Of a stretch of DNA of 64,000 nt, positions 1 through 10,268 are shown in pieces. The notes under the pieces were generated by a model. That model had not been told where the DNA came from, made no database searches, and was given only the letters and a program-made list of their open reading frames with translations. The stretch lies in the NCBI GenBank assembly GCA_041602815.1, contig JBFIFO010000001.1:14303-78302 (forward strand), in the 5' to 3' direction. A program made the position numbers and the translations under genes. Position 1 is the stretch's first letter; each line of letters opens with the position of its first letter. The DNA comes from Alphaproteobacteria bacterium (GTDB lineage Bacteria > Pseudomonadota > Alphaproteobacteria > UBA8366 > JADFVY01).

Positions 1-1784
1 AGAGCCTGCCCGACGGGACGCGGGTGACGCTGGAACAGGTCCGGCTGCAAGATCACGCACGGGAGCAAACGCCGCGGCGCGTGCGCGTCAAGCTCCGCCG
101 CGGCGACCATCCCGCGGTTGGCGACCGGATCGACGTTTTCGCCAGACTCTCGCCACCGCTCACGCCGGCCATGCCGGGCGCGTTCGATTTCCAGCGCACC
201 GCCTGGTTCAGGGGGCTGGGCGCGACGGGGTTCGCATTGGCGCCGATGCGGGCAGTGCCGGGTGACGAAACATCGTCGGTGCGGCTCGCCATGGTCAGCC
301 TGCGATATCGCATGGCCGAGCGGGTCCGGCAGACGCTGCCGGGCCAGACGGGGGCTGTGGCGGCGGCACTGATGACCGGCGACCGCAGCGCGATTTCGGA
401 GCGGACGCTGCATTCGATGCGCGATTCGGGGCTTGCACATCTGTTGGCGATCTCCGGCCTCCATCTTGGCCTCGTGGCCGCCACCCTGTTCTTCGGCGTG
501 CGTGCGTTGCTGGCGCTCTCCGAGCGGCTTGCCCTGCGTCACCCGATCAAGAAATGGGCCGCCGTCGCGGCGCTCACAGGGAGTTTCGGCTATCTCCTTC
601 TTGCCGGCGCCACGATTCCCACCCAGCGCGCGTTCTTGATGACGGGCCTGGTCCTGATCGCCGTGTTGCTGGATCGAGAGGCAATCTCCATGCGACTGGT
701 GGCCTGGGCCGCTGTTGCGGTCCTCTTGCTGGCGCCGGAAAGCGTGCTCGGTGCCAGCTTCCAGATGTCGTTCGCCGCCGTGGTCGCACTGGTCGCGTTC
801 TACGAGGCCGTGCGGGGGCGACTGCAGAGTCTGCGCGCGATGTTGCCCGGAGGAATTGTCGGCCGGATCCTTGCATACACGGTCGGTGTCGCGGCGACGA
901 CGATCGTCGCCAGTGCGGCGACCGGGATGATCGTCCTCCACCATTTCGGGCGTATCGCGATGTACGGTTTGCCCGCAAATATGCTGGCGGTCCCGCTTAC
1001 CGCGCTGTGGATCATGCCGTGGGGCGTGCTGGCGGCGATTCTGATGCCGCTGGGTGTGGAGGGGCCGGCCCTGGCGGCGATGGGGTTGGGCATCGATGCC
1101 GTCCTGTGGATTGCGGGCTCCGTTGCGGATTGGCCGGGCGCCGTCCGGCATGTCGCGGCGATGCCGCTGGCCGGCCTCGTCCTCGTCGCCGTCGGCGGCC
1201 TTTGGCTGTGCCTGTGGCGATACCGATGGCGGTACCTGGGATTGGCGGCTATTGCGGCCGGCGCCGCCACCATTCCGCTGACGCCGGGGCCGGATATCAT
1301 CGTTTCCGGCGATGCGCGACTGATGGCCGCGCGCCTCGCCGATGGCCGGTTGAGCCTCTCGCATGGCAACCGGGAGCGTTTCCGGGCGAACATTTGGCTG
1401 GAACGCAGCGGGCAGTCGACTGCCGATACCTGGCCGGAGGCGGGAGGGACCCCGGATTCGAGGCTCGTATGTGACAGGCTGGGCTGCACATACCGTGTCG
1501 CGGGCCTTGAGATCGCGCTGTTGCGGGACGGCCGCGCCCTGGACGAAGATTGTCGCCGGTCCGATGTCGTGATCAGCGCGGTGCCGGTCCGCACGCGATG
1601 CCCCAATCCGACGCTACTGATCGACAGATTCGATCTGTGGCGCAGCGGAACCACCGCACTCTGGGTGAGGCGGGGGAGGGTGAGCATTCGCACGGTCGCG
1701 CAAATGCAAGGAAACCGGCCCTGGTCATCCCTTGCGCAACGCAATCTGCGCAGGCAACCGCGCGACGGGCGAGACAGTCAATAG
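1..1784 (+). CDS. comEC: ComEC/Rec2 family DNA internalisation channel protein; the 5' end lies outside the window
   Basis: The frame is open from nt 3 to the stop at 1784. It encodes a polytopic membrane protein with the ComEC hallmark [13 protein letters not shown] and a DUF4131-like N-part. The ORF track starts it at 24, but there is no upstream stop, so it is probably truncated by the window edge. Confidence 0.85.
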   Translation, partial: SLPDGTRVTLEQVRLQDHAREQTPRRVRVKLRRGDHPAVGDRIDVFARLSPPLTPAMPGAFDFQRTAWFRGLGATGFALAPMRAVPGDETSSVRLAMVSLRYRMAERVRQTLPGQTGAVAAALMTGDRSAISERTLHSMRDSGLAHLLAISGLHLGLVAATLFFGVRALLALSERLALRHPIKKWAAVAALTGSFGYLLLAGATIPTQRAFLMTGLVLIAVLLDREAISMRLVAWAAVAVLLLAPESVLGASFQMSFAAVVALVAFYEAVRGRLQSLRAMLPGGIVGRILAYTVGVAATTIVASAATGMIVLHHFGRIAMYGLPANMLAVPLTALWIMPWGVLAAILMPLGVEGPALAAMGLGIDAVLWIAGSVADWPGAVRHVAAMPLAGLVLVAVGGLWLCLWRYRWRYLGLAAIAAGAATIPLTPGPDIIVSGDARLMAARLADGRLSLSHGNRERFRANIWLERSGQSTADTWPEAGGTPDSRLVCDRLGCTYRVAGLEIALLRDGRALDEDCRRSDVVISAVPVRTRCPNPTLLIDRFDLWRSGTTALWVRRGRVSIRTVAQMQGNRPWSSLAQRNLRRQPRDGRDSQ

Positions 1785-2443
1785 GAGCGGATAAGTCCGA
1801 CGAGGCGCCCCTGCACCTTGACCCTGTCGGGCCCGAAAATCCGCGTTTCATATGCCGGATTCGCGGCCTCCAGTGCGATCGACGCCCCCTTGCGGCGCAG
1901 GCGTTTCAGCGTGACCTCGCTGTCATCGATCAGCGCGACGACGATGGCTCCGTTCTCCGCCGAATCGCAGCTCTTGATGAGCACGGTATCGCCGTCGAAA
2001 ATGCCGGCGTCGATCATCGAATCCCCCTCGACGGTGAGCGCATAGTGATTGCCGCTCCCCACCAGACTCGCCGGTACACCGACGTCCGCGGAGCTGTCGC
2101 GCAGCGCCTCGATCGGCGTGCCCGCGGCGATCCGGCCGAGAAGCGGCAGAGTCGCGCTTTCGCCCACGGGCGCCGCGCTTCCCTTGAAGTCGGGTCGGAC
2201 GATGTTGCCCCGCGCCTGGCCGCCCATATTCTCCGGCAGGCGCGTAACTTCGAGGGCCCGGGCGCGATGCGGCAACCTGCGGATGAAGCCGCGTTCCTCC
2301 AGGCCAGTGATCAAACGATGGATACCGGATTTCGACTTTAGATTGAGCGCATCCTTCATTTCATCGAAGGACGGCGAAACCCCGGTCGATTCGAGCCGTT
2401 CGTTGATGAAGTTGAGTAATTCGTATTGCTTGCGTGTCAGCAT
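1778..2443 (-). CDS. lexA: LexA SOS repressor
   Basis: 221 aa. The N-terminus [13 protein letters not shown]...SFDEMKDAL...[18 protein letters not shown] is a winged helix. The C-terminal S24 peptidase carries [11 protein letters not shown] and the Lys motif TLKRL. This is a classic alphaproteobacterial LexA. Confidence 0.96.
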   Translation of the reverse strand: MLTRKQYELLNFINERLESTGVSPSFDEMKDALNLKSKSGIHRLITGLEERGFIRRLPHRARALEVTRLPENMGGQARGNIVRPDFKGSAAPVGESATLPLLGRIAAGTPIEALRDSSADVGVPASLVGSGNHYALTVEGDSMIDAGIFDGDTVLIKSCDSAENGAIVVALIDDSEVTLKRLRRKGASIALEAANPAYETRIFGPDRVKVQGRLVGLIRSY

Positions 2444-2570
2444 GGCCGGTTTGTCCCCCTTGGTCGCCTTGCCCCTCCCGGTCGAGCCTCGGTCTTCGGA
2501 CTGCCCTTTGCTTCCGTGGCTGCGCCTGGTTCCATCCTAGTGGTCCGCGAGCCGGCGGGTACCACATATA

Positions 2571-2585
2571 GAACAAAACCAAAAC
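2571..2585 (-). promoter_or_regulatory. Second, imperfect SOS-box-like repeat (GAAC-N7-AAAC on the plus strand)
   Basis: The sequence gaacaaaaccaaaac lies 10 nt from the perfect box and has one mismatch in the second half-site. Alphaproteobacterial lexA promoters often carry two boxes. Confidence 0.35.
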
Positions 2586-2595
2586 ATCGATACAT

Positions 2596-2610
2596 GTTCT
2601 AGTTTAGTTC
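2596..2610 (-). promoter_or_regulatory. Alphaproteobacterial SOS box (GAAC-N7-GAAC on the lexA sense strand)
   Basis: The plus strand reads GTTCtagtttaGTTC, a perfect GTTC-N7-GTTC, located about 150 nt upstream of the lexA start. It matches the direct-repeat LexA operator described for Alphaproteobacteria. Confidence 0.7.
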
Positions 2611-2652
2611 TAATGGGGGGTCAAGGGATTTCCCGGGGGTGCGACGCTTTTT

Positions 2653-3870
2653 TCAGGCCGAAAGAAGACTTCCGGGAATCGGAAGGACTTCGACGATGGC
2701 GCCGGCATCGAGAGACGGCGCATGCGGCGCCCGGACGATAAGGCAGTCGGCTGCCGCGAGTGTCGCCAGCATGGAGCTGTCCTGGCGGGAGAAGGGCGTG
2801 ACAACGAGACTCCCGTCCGGGCCATTACCCAGCGTGGCCCGCAGATAGTCCTGTCGTTCATCGTTCTCCGCCAGCGGCTCGGCCAGCCGCGCCGTCAGGC
2901 GCGGCGCTGCCTCGACCTCGCTGGAACCGAGCATCCGGCACAGCGCCGGCCGCAAATAGACCATCGCGCAAACGAGCGCAGAGACGGGATTGCCCGGCAG
3001 GCCGAGCACCGGCGTATTGCCGACGCGGCCGAAGATCAGCGGCTTTCCCGGGCGCATCGCGATCTTCCAGAAGTCGAGCTCGAACCCGATCTCGCCCAGC
3101 ACGCTGCGCACGAGGTCATGATCGCCGACCGAGGCGCCGCCGCTGGTCAGCAGCAAATCCGCCCCGGCAGCGCCTGCGGCCATGGTGGCGAGGGCATCCC
3201 GATCGTCCGGGGCGATGCCCAGCATGCAGGGCTCGCCTCCGAAGACGCGGACTGCGGCGGCGAGCGCGATGCTGTTGGAGCTGACGATCTGGCTCGGTCC
3301 GATAGGATCGCCGGGCATCACAACTTCATCCCCGGTCACGAGGATCGCGACCCGCGGCCGCCGGCGCACCATCAGCCAGGGCACGTTCATCGCAGCGGCA
3401 AGTCCGACATCGCGTGCGGTGAGTACCCGGCCCGCCTTCAGGCGCACCTCGCCGGCCTTGAAGTCAAGACCGGCTGGGCGCACGAAGCGTCCCGTTTCGG
3501 CACTCTCGAGCACCGAGACCGTGCCGTTGCCGGGTTTGGTGTTCTCCTGAATGACGATGGTGTCGGCGCCGTCCGGCACCGGCCCGCCGGTGAAGATGCG
3601 AACCGCCTCACCGGCTCCCACGGTGCCGGAGAACGCATCGCCGGCCGGCGCCTGCCCTATGACCTTCAAGGTGACCGGAACCGTCGCGACATCGGCGGCC
3701 CGGACGGCATAACCGTCCATCGCCGACACCGCGGCGGGCGGTTGGCTGCGGCGTGCTGCGACGTCCTCCGCGAGGACGCGGCCGAGTCCATCGGCAACGA
3801 CGACCTGCTCTGCCGGCAGCGGTTTGAGGGTGGCGAGTATGCGCTCCAGTGCCTCGTCGACCGACAGCAT
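2653..3870 (-). CDS. moeA: Molybdopterin molybdenumtransferase MoeA
   Basis: The conserved MoeA sequence starts at [13 protein letters not shown] trimmed the track ORF (2653..4122) to the ATG at 3870, which overlaps the moaC stop as TGATG. The upstream 84 codons are an Arg-rich over-extension that overlaps moaC. Confidence 0.9.
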   Translation of the reverse strand: MLSVDEALERILATLKPLPAEQVVVADGLGRVLAEDVAARRSQPPAAVSAMDGYAVRAADVATVPVTLKVIGQAPAGDAFSGTVGAGEAVRIFTGGPVPDGADTIVIQENTKPGNGTVSVLESAETGRFVRPAGLDFKAGEVRLKAGRVLTARDVGLAAAMNVPWLMVRRRPRVAILVTGDEVVMPGDPIGPSQIVSSNSIALAAAVRVFGGEPCMLGIAPDDRDALATMAAGAAGADLLLTSGGASVGDHDLVRSVLGEIGFELDFWKIAMRPGKPLIFGRVGNTPVLGLPGNPVSALVCAMVYLRPALCRMLGSSEVEAAPRLTARLAEPLAENDERQDYLRATLGNGPDGSLVVTPFSRQDSSMLATLAAADCLIVRAPHAPSLDAGAIVEVLPIPGSLLSA

Positions 3871-4355
3871 CAACGCGCCCTGAATTCGCCCGACTTGCCG
3901 CCGGATTTGTGCGTGAGCCGGATGTCGGCGATGTGCATGCCGCGATCGACGGCCTTGCACATGTCGTAGACGGTAAGCGCGGCGACGGAAACGGCGGTGA
4001 GCGCCTCCATCTCCACCCCGGTGCGGCCGGCAAGCTTGCAGGTCGCGCTGATATCGACCGCGTTGCGTGCCTCGTCCACCGTCAGGTCGACGGTCACCGA
4101 ACTGAGAGGCAGTGGATGGCACAGCGGGATCAGGTCCGGGGTGCGCTTGGCGCCCATGATGCCAGCCAGCCGCGCGACCGAGAGGACATCGCCCTTCTTC
4201 ACGCCGCCTGAAACGATCATGGCGATGGTCTCGGGCTGCATGATGACGCTGCCGGCCGCGGTGGCGGAGCGTTCGGTCACGTCCTTGCCCGATACATCGA
4301 CCATTTGCGCCTTGCCGTGTTTGTCGAAATGGGTGAACTCTGGCATCGCGGTCAT
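3870..4355 (-). CDS. moaC: Cyclic pyranopterin monophosphate synthase MoaC
   Basis: 161 aa with full-length similarity to MoaC ([17 protein letters not shown]..., [29 protein letters not shown]). Confidence 0.96.
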   Translation of the reverse strand: MTAMPEFTHFDKHGKAQMVDVSGKDVTERSATAAGSVIMQPETIAMIVSGGVKKGDVLSVARLAGIMGAKRTPDLIPLCHPLPLSSVTVDLTVDEARNAVDISATCKLAGRTGVEMEALTAVSVAALTVYDMCKAVDRGMHIADIRLTHKSGGKSGEFRAR

Positions 4356-4362
4356 ACCCTCG

Positions 4363-5166
4363 TCAGGCCTGTACCGGATCGGCGAGCAACAGCGCCGTCG
4401 CCGCCGCGACGTCGGCCGACCGCATGAGCGACTCGCCGATCAGGAAGCACCGCGCGCCGGCCCGTGCCATGCGGGCCAGGTCGGCCGGATCGTGCAGGCC
4501 GCTCTCGCAGACCGGTATGCGGTCCGCGGGTACCGCGGGCGCCAGCGCTTCGGTTGTCGCAAGATCGACGGCCAGAGTCTTGAGATTGCGGTTGTTGATG
4601 CCGAGCAGGCGCGAGCGCAGTTTCAGTGCACGCGTCATCTCCCGGGCATCGTGCACCTCGACCAGAACGTCCATGCCGAGCGAGCGGGCGCCGCCCTCCA
4701 GCTCGGCGGCCTGTTCATCGCCGAGCGCCGCCATGATCAGCAGGATGCAGTCGGCGCCGAGCGCCCGCGACTCGTAGATCTGATAGGGCTCCAGCATGAA
4801 ATCCTTGCGCAGGACCGGCAGGTCGCAAGCGCCGCGGGCCGCCACCAGGTCCTCGTCGCGACCCTGAAAGTACGGCCCATCGGTCAGTACGGACAGGCAT
4901 GTCGCGCCGCCGTCGCGATACGCCCGGGCCAGCGCCGGCGGATCGAAGTCGGCGCGGATCAGCCCTTTGCTGGGCGACGCCTTCTTGATTTCGGCGATCA
5001 GCCCGTACCGGCCAGCGGCCAGCGCGGCGGTCAGCGCATTCGCGAATCCACGGGGCGGTGTCGCGGCGGCCGCACGCGCCTCGATTTCGGCCCACGGGAC
5101 AGCCCGTCTTGCGACCGCGACATGGTCGCGCTTTTCGGCGCAGATGCGGGATAAAACGTCGCTCAT
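4363..5166 (-). CDS. trpC: Indole-3-glycerol phosphate synthase
   Basis: The conserved N-terminus [13 protein letters not shown] and the [10 protein letters not shown] motif identify it. I trimmed the start from 5610 to the ATG at 5166, which overlaps the trpD stop as ATGA. Confidence 0.93.
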   Translation of the reverse strand: MSDVLSRICAEKRDHVAVARRAVPWAEIEARAAAATPPRGFANALTAALAAGRYGLIAEIKKASPSKGLIRADFDPPALARAYRDGGATCLSVLTDGPYFQGRDEDLVAARGACDLPVLRKDFMLEPYQIYESRALGADCILLIMAALGDEQAAELEGGARSLGMDVLVEVHDAREMTRALKLRSRLLGINNRNLKTLAVDLATTEALAPAVPADRIPVCESGLHDPADLARMARAGARCFLIGESLMRSADVAAATALLLADPVQA

Positions 5167-6203
5167 CGTTGCTCCGCCGCAAGCCCGGCTATCGATACGA
5201 GCTTGTCGAGCGCCGCCTTGGCCTTGCCCGAGTCGATCGCGGCGGCGGCCTGTTTGGCACCGTCGCGCAGGTCCGACGCCTTGCCGGCGATCAACAGGGC
5301 GGCCGCCGCATTGTATACGGTGATATCGCGATAGGCGCCGTGCGTCCCATCGAGGACGGCACGGAGGGCGACGGCATTCTCTTCCGGCGTGCCGCCCTTG
5401 AGGTCCTCCGGCCGGGCCTCGGCGATACCGGCATCCTCCGGCGTGACCTCGAGTGCGGAAATGGCACCGTCCTTGTATTCCGCGACGTAGCTCACCCCCG
5501 TCGTGGTCAGCTCGTCCAGCCCGTCGCCGCCATGCACCACCCAGACCCGCTCGGCACCGAGATTGCCGAGCACTTCGGCCATCGGTTCGATCCAGTGGCG
5601 CGAGAAACAACCGACGAGCAGCCGCTTGACGCCGGCAGGATTGGACAGCGGGCCCAGAATATTGAAGATCGTGCGCGTGCCGAGCTCGACGCGCGTCGGC
5701 CCGACGTTACGCATCGCACCGTGGTGCCGCTGCGCCATCAGGAAGCCGATGTTCGCCTCGCGGATTGCCTGCTCGACCTTCGTGAAATCCGCCTCGATGT
5801 CGACGCCCAGCGCCGACAGTACGTCGGCCGATCCCGATCTCGACGAGGCGGCACGGTTGCCGTGCTTGGCGACTGGCACACCGCAGCCGGCCACCACAAG
5901 AGCCGCCGCGGTGGACACGTTGTAGGTGCCGGACGCGTCGCCACCGGTGCCAACGATATCTATCGCATCCTTCGGCGCCGGCATGGGCACCGCCTTTGCC
6001 CGCATCACGCGCACGGCGCCGGTGATCTCCGCCACGGTCTCGCCGCGCACCCGCAGCGCCATCAGGAAGGCGCCCATCTGAGACGGCGTCGCGTCTCCGG
6101 ACATCATGATGTCGAAGGCGCGTTCCGATTCCGCTTCGGTCAGCGGCTTGCCATCGGCAACCTTGCCGAGCAGCCCCCTGAAATCCTCCATATCCCCTGT
6201 CAT
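5163..6203 (-). CDS. trpD: Anthranilate phosphoribosyltransferase
   Basis: TrpD motifs are present ([20 protein letters not shown]). I trimmed the start from 6488 to the Met beginning [14 protein letters not shown], giving a protein of typical TrpD length. Confidence 0.92.
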   Translation of the reverse strand: MTGDMEDFRGLLGKVADGKPLTEAESERAFDIMMSGDATPSQMGAFLMALRVRGETVAEITGAVRVMRAKAVPMPAPKDAIDIVGTGGDASGTYNVSTAAALVVAGCGVPVAKHGNRAASSRSGSADVLSALGVDIEADFTKVEQAIREANIGFLMAQRHHGAMRNVGPTRVELGTRTIFNILGPLSNPAGVKRLLVGCFSRHWIEPMAEVLGNLGAERVWVVHGGDGLDELTTTGVSYVAEYKDGAISALEVTPEDAGIAEARPEDLKGGTPEENAVALRAVLDGTHGAYRDITVYNAAAALLIAGKASDLRDGAKQAAAAIDSGKAKAALDKLVSIAGLAAEQR

Positions 6204-6395
6204 GCGGGTGCCCCGGTCTTCTGTCGTGATGCCTGATATAACAGCCGAATGGGCGAATCGACCACAAAAGTTTGATAGCTGTCGGTGATTTCGAAACTCG
6301 CGGAAACGTGCGTTTCGGACTAGCCTGTTGTGCGGCGCTGCAACTGGCCGCAGTCGAGACAGGCGCAACCAGGAGCCACAGAGGGAGGAAAATCC

Positions 6396-6722
6396 ATGTC
6401 CGTATACGTCATCGCCATCGTGAAGGTCACCGACGACAGCTGGATCCCGGATTACGCAGGCGCGGTCCACGAAATCGCCGCCCGGCACGGCGGTCGGTAT
6501 CTATCGCGCAGCGGCAACATAACGACTGTCGAGGGCAAGCCCCTGGATGCGAATGTGATCGCACTGATCGAGTTCCCGTCGCTGGATGCCGCCCAGGCAT
6601 TCTATGACGACCCGGATTACGCGCCCTATCTGAAGGCCCGCATCGCCGGAACCGTCAGCGGGCTTTACGCCATCGACGATACCGACGCCACCGGCGGGAT
6701 TCCTTACCTTCCCAAAGGCTGA
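6396..6722 (+). CDS. DUF1330 domain protein (dimeric alpha/beta-barrel-like small protein)
   Basis: The sequence [13 protein letters not shown]...GGRYLSRSG...[20 protein letters not shown] matches the DUF1330 pattern. A GAGGGAGGA Shine-Dalgarno sequence precedes the ATG at 6396. The track start at 6330 is an over-extension. Confidence 0.85.
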   Translation: MSVYVIAIVKVTDDSWIPDYAGAVHEIAARHGGRYLSRSGNITTVEGKPLDANVIALIEFPSLDAAQAFYDDPDYAPYLKARIAGTVSGLYAIDDTDATGGIPYLPKG

Positions 6723-6723
6723 A

Positions 6724-7308
6724 TTACGCGTACACGACCTCGTGACCCGCAAGCTTGAGGAAATTGGCCAGCAGGTCGTGTCCGTGTTCGGTGGCGATGC
6801 TTTCCGGATGGAACTGCACGCCGTGCACCGGCAGATCCCGATGCTGCAGGCCCATGATCAGGCCGTCGTCGGACTCCGCTGTCACCTCGAAACAGTCCGG
6901 CAGGCCGTCGCGCGCGACCACGAGCGAATGGTAACGGGTCGCGGGGAAGGGGGCCGGCAGGCCCGCGAATACGCCGGCGCCCCTGTGATGTATCTGGCTG
7001 ACCTTGCCGTGCATCGGCAGCGTGCGCACGATCGTCCCGCCGAAGGCCTGGCCGATCGCCTGATGTCCGAGACACACGCCGAGCAACGGCACCTTGCCGG
7101 CGGCGGCCCGGACCAGCTCGAGGCAGATCCCGGCCCTGTCGGGATCGCACGGGCCCGGCGAAATGACGATCCCCTCGGCCTTCAGGGCCAGCGCTTCGTC
7201 TACGGTGATCGCGTCATTTCGACGCACAGTGACCTCCGCCCCGAGTTCGCCCAGGAAGTGCACGAGGTTGTATGTGAAGCTGTCGTAATTGTCGATTAGC
7301 AGAAACAT
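6724..7308 (-). CDS. trpG: Anthranilate synthase component II / aminodeoxychorismate synthase glutamine amidotransferase
   Basis: A class-I GATase with the catalytic GVCLGHQAI and FHPES motifs and the typical TrpG/PabA N-terminus [16 protein letters not shown]. Confidence 0.92.
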   Translation of the reverse strand: MFLLIDNYDSFTYNLVHFLGELGAEVTVRRNDAITVDEALALKAEGIVISPGPCDPDRAGICLELVRAAAGKVPLLGVCLGHQAIGQAFGGTIVRTLPMHGKVSQIHHRGAGVFAGLPAPFPATRYHSLVVARDGLPDCFEVTAESDDGLIMGLQHRDLPVHGVQFHPESIATEHGHDLLANFLKLAGHEVVYA

Positions 7309-7405
7309 ATCAATCCCTTGGCGCCAACGGCGACGGCACCGGACGGCGGTTTATAGCAGTGTTCGACCGGGGACGGAAGGGACGCGTTGTCGGCAGCTTC
7401 CGATA

Positions 7406-7424
7406 CTTTCCAGTTTTTGGAAAG
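7406..7424. promoter_or_regulatory. Upstream CueR-type inverted repeat (CTTTCCA-N5-TGGAAAG)
   Basis: A perfect 7+5+7 palindrome, ctttccagtttttggaaag. It shares the core TTCCAGTTTyTGGAA with the promoter-embedded box 31 bp downstream. Confidence 0.4.
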
Positions 7425-7431
7425 TTTGCCA

Positions 7432-7462
7432 TTGACCTTCCAGTTTCTGGAACCCTTATGTA
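7432..7462 (+). promoter_or_regulatory. MerR/CueR-type promoter of copZ-copA, with the dyad inside a 19-bp spacer
   Basis: The layout is TTGACC (7432-7437), a 19-bp spacer containing the perfect dyad TTCCAG-TTT-CTGGAA (7438-7452), then TATGTA (7457-7462). This is the same architecture and -35 element as E. coli PcopA. A cueR gene lies downstream of copA. Confidence 0.65.
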
Positions 7463-7505
7463 TGTCGCCGACAGTTTCCATCGCTGATACGGAAGGGATA
7501 CGGCC

Positions 7506-7730
7506 GTGACTGGATCGACGACGAAGACGGTGACTCTGAAAATCGAGGGCATGACCTGCGGCCATTGCGTGGCGCGCGTGCAGAAGGCGCTCGATATGGC
7601 ATCCGGCGTGCGCGCCGCGAAGGTCGATCTTGCAGCGGGAACTGCGGAGGTCCAGTTCGACGGCGAAACCGATGCGTCGACGCTGATCGGTGTGGTCGGG
7701 GCCGCGGGCTACACAGCCCAGGCCGCGTGA
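7506..7730 (+). CDS. copZ: Heavy-metal-associated copper chaperone CopZ
   Basis: 74 aa in a single HMA fold with the GMTCGHC metal-binding loop. GTG start. Confidence 0.85.
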   Translation: MTGSTTKTVTLKIEGMTCGHCVARVQKALDMASGVRAAKVDLAAGTAEVQFDGETDASTLIGVVGAAGYTAQAA

Positions 7731-7789
7731 CGGGACCGTCGCCGCAATGACCGTTCGAATTGTCGGGTAAGAGTTAAGAGGAGTCTCAG

Positions 7790-10225
7790 ATGACCGCGGC
7801 ACATACGGCCGACACAGCCGATCACCCGGCACCGAAGCACGCCACCCGCCATGCGCGGCTCAAGGTGGAGGGCATGACCTGCAGCGCCTGCGTCGGCCAC
7901 GTGGAACGGGCGCTGAAGGCGGTGCCGGGTGTCAGCGCGGCGTCGGTCAACCTCGGCACCGAGCAGGCCGATGTCGACTTTGCGGATGGCGTCGCAGTCG
8001 ACGCGCTGGCCCGCGCGGTCGAGGACGCAGGCTACGGGGTGACCAGGAGCGAAATAACGCTGTCGGTTTCCGGCATGACTTGCGCCGCCTGCGTGGGCCA
8101 TGTCGAACGTGCGCTGAAGGGCGTGCCGGGGGTGCTTGACGCCAGTGTCAACCTCGGCACCGAAACCGCACGGATCACTGGGCTCGGAGTCGAGCCGGCG
8201 GATCTCGTCGCCGCGGTCGAAGGGGCCGGATACGGCGCCGAGATCTCCGACGGCGGCGCACCGGCGGAGGAGGCGGAGCGAGCGGCCGACCGACGGGAGA
8301 TGCTGCTGGTCCTGGCATCGGCGTTGCTGACCGTGCCGCTCGTCGTGCCGATGTTCGGGGAATTCGCGGGATGGCACTTCGCCCTCCCCGGCGTGTGGCA
8401 ACTCGCCGTCGGCGGCATCGTCCAGTTCGTCATCGGCTGGAACTTCTATGTCGGGGCCTGGAAGGCGCTCAAGTCGCTGACCGGAACGATGGATCTGCTG
8501 GTCGCATTGGGCACCAGCGCGGCCTATGGACTCAGCACCTACAACCTGTTTCTTGCGTCGCCGGGCGTCGAGGCGCATCTGTATTTCGAGGCGGCCGCTG
8601 TCATCATCACCCTGATCAAGCTCGGCAAATGGCTCGAAGCCAGGGCCAGGCGCGGCACGTCGGCGGCGATCCGCCAGCTCATGAAACTGCGGCCGGAGCA
8701 GGCGCATGTCGAACGCGACGGTGTCGTCGTAACGATTTCGGCGGCGGCGGTGCGGACCGGAGAGATCGTTGTCGTCCGGCCGGGCGAGCGAATTCCGGTC
8801 GACGGCACCGTGGCAAGCGGCGACAGTGCGGTCGACGAGTCGCTGCTGACCGGGGAAAGCATTCCGGTTCACAAGGCGTCGGGCGATCGCGTCACTGGCG
8901 GCAGCGTCAACGGTGACGGACTGCTGCGCATCGAAACCACCACCGTCGGCAAGGATTCGATGCTGGAGCGCATCATCGCCCTCATCGAAAGCGCGCAGGC
9001 GGCGAAACCCCCGGTGCAGCGCCTGGTCGACCGCGTAACCAACGTGTTCGTGCCGGTGGTCGTCGTGATCGCGATCGTCGCCTGGGCCGGCTGGCTGCTG
9101 AGCGGCGGCACCATGGAGCAAAGCATCATCGCCGCCGTCTCCGTGCTGGTCATCGCGTGCCCGTGTGCGCTCGGGCTCGCCACCCCGACGGCGATCATGG
9201 CGGGAACCGGCGCGGCCGCGCGTGCCGGCATCCTGATCAAGGATGTCGAGGCGCTGGAGCGGGCGGGTGCCGTCGACACCATCATCTTCGACAAGACGGG
9301 GACCCTGACCGTGGGCCGCCCCGAGGTGACCGACATCGTTGCCGCGGCGGGCGTCGATGAGGCGAGCCTGTTGCGCCTCGCGGCCTCGGCGCAGCAGGGC
9401 AGCGAGCATCCGTTGGCCAAGGCCGTGCTCGAAGAGGCAGCGGCCCGCGGGCTTGATCTCCAGGCCGTGGAGAGCTTCAGTCGCATCGGCGGTCGCGGTC
9501 TGACCGCGCGCGTTGGCGGCACGGGGCTGTGGATCGGCAACCGCAGCCTGATGGCCGAGGCTGGCGCCGACACCGGACCGCTGGAGGACCGCGTGGCCGG
9601 GCTGGAAAATGACGGCAAGACCGTGATGTGGGTCGCAGCCGAGGACGGCCGAATGCAGGGTGCCATCGCCGTCGCCGACCAGCTGCGCGACGAGGCGGCG
9701 CAGGCCCTGGAGATCCTGCACAGGCGCGGCGTCGCGGTGATGATGCTGACGGGCGACAATGCCCGCACCGCGCAGGCGATCGCGTCACGTCTGGGACTCG
9801 ACGATTTCCGGGCGGAAGTGCTTCCGGAGGACAAGGCCGCCGAGGTCGAGCGGCTACGCCGCGAGGGGCGGGTGGTCGCCATGGTCGGCGATGGCGTCAA
9901 TGACGCCCCGGCGCTGGCTGCCGCCGACATCGGCATCGCCATGGGCAGCGGCACCGACATCGCCATGGAGACCGCCGGGATTACCCTCATGCGGCCGGAT
10001 CCGCGACTCGCTGCCGACGCGATCCACGTCAGCCGGGCGACCGGACGCAAGATTTACCAGAACCTGTTCTGGGCGTTCATCTACAACATCGTCGGGATTC
10101 CGTTGGCCGCGTTCGGCTTTCTCAGCCCGATCATCGCCGGTGCCGCAATGGCGTTCAGCAGCGTCAGCGTCGTCACCAATGCCCTGACGTTGCGCCGGTG
10201 GAAGGCAACGGCATCGTCTAAATAA
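7790..10225 (+). CDS. copA: Cu(I)-translocating P1B-type ATPase
   Basis: It has two N-terminal HMA domains ([15 protein letters not shown] and [15 protein letters not shown]), the CPC motif ([11 protein letters not shown]), DKTGTLT and [10 protein letters not shown]. An AAGAGGAG Shine-Dalgarno sequence precedes the ATG. Confidence 0.96.
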   Translation: MTAAHTADTADHPAPKHATRHARLKVEGMTCSACVGHVERALKAVPGVSAASVNLGTEQADVDFADGVAVDALARAVEDAGYGVTRSEITLSVSGMTCAACVGHVERALKGVPGVLDASVNLGTETARITGLGVEPADLVAAVEGAGYGAEISDGGAPAEEAERAADRREMLLVLASALLTVPLVVPMFGEFAGWHFALPGVWQLAVGGIVQFVIGWNFYVGAWKALKSLTGTMDLLVALGTSAAYGLSTYNLFLASPGVEAHLYFEAAAVIITLIKLGKWLEARARRGTSAAIRQLMKLRPEQAHVERDGVVVTISAAAVRTGEIVVVRPGERIPVDGTVASGDSAVDESLLTGESIPVHKASGDRVTGGSVNGDGLLRIETTTVGKDSMLERIIALIESAQAAKPPVQRLVDRVTNVFVPVVVVIAIVAWAGWLLSGGTMEQSIIAAVSVLVIACPCALGLATPTAIMAGTGAAARAGILIKDVEALERAGAVDTIIFDKTGTLTVGRPEVTDIVAAAGVDEASLLRLAASAQQGSEHPLAKAVLEEAAARGLDLQAVESFSRIGGRGLTARVGGTGLWIGNRSLMAEAGADTGPLEDRVAGLENDGKTVMWVAAEDGRMQGAIAVADQLRDEAAQALEILHRRGVAVMMLTGDNARTAQAIASRLGLDDFRAEVLPEDKAAEVERLRREGRVVAMVGDGVNDAPALAAADIGIAMGSGTDIAMETAGITLMRPDPRLAADAIHVSRATGRKIYQNLFWAFIYNIVGIPLAAFGFLSPIIAGAAMAFSSVSVVTNALTLRRWKATASSK

Positions 10226-10268
10226 GTTAATAATATCAGAAAAATGTAGCGGGAAACGGAGCGTTTAG

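Noticed and set aside
2653-6488. N-terminal extensions in the ORF track for moeA (to 4122), trpC (to 5610) and trpD (to 6488). Similar extensions occur for ppiD, tpiA, eno, pdhC, lipA, ispDF, the ypjD-like gene, ntrC, hfq, tatD and the aminotransferase.
   Set aside because: The extensions overlap the upstream gene in another frame and are Arg-rich nonsense. In each case a conserved family N-terminus begins at an internal Met, often with a stop/start overlap (TGATG, ATGA) or a Shine-Dalgarno sequence.
7296-7490. A minus-strand small ORF upstream of trpG (METVGDIHKGSRNWKVNGKLSKNWKV...), with two Trp codons, ending inside the trpG start region. I considered it as a trp leader peptide.
   Set aside because: The Trp codons are simply the TGGAA half-sites of the two CueR boxes and are not tandem. 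Third-position composition is AT-rich, unlike real genes here, and no terminator/antiterminator structure follows.
7709-9721. A 670-aa ORF on the minus strand, antisense to copA. Similar long antisense ORFs occur at 17384..19102 (opposite pyrG), 21973..23139 and 23179..24510 (opposite pdhA/pdhB), 24089..25924 (opposite pdhC) and 37603..39081 (opposite ntrX).
   Set aside because: They are typical shadow ORFs of GC-rich DNA. Their products are Arg/Gly/His-rich low-complexity sequences with no recognisable domains, while the sense-strand genes have unambiguous full-length family matches.
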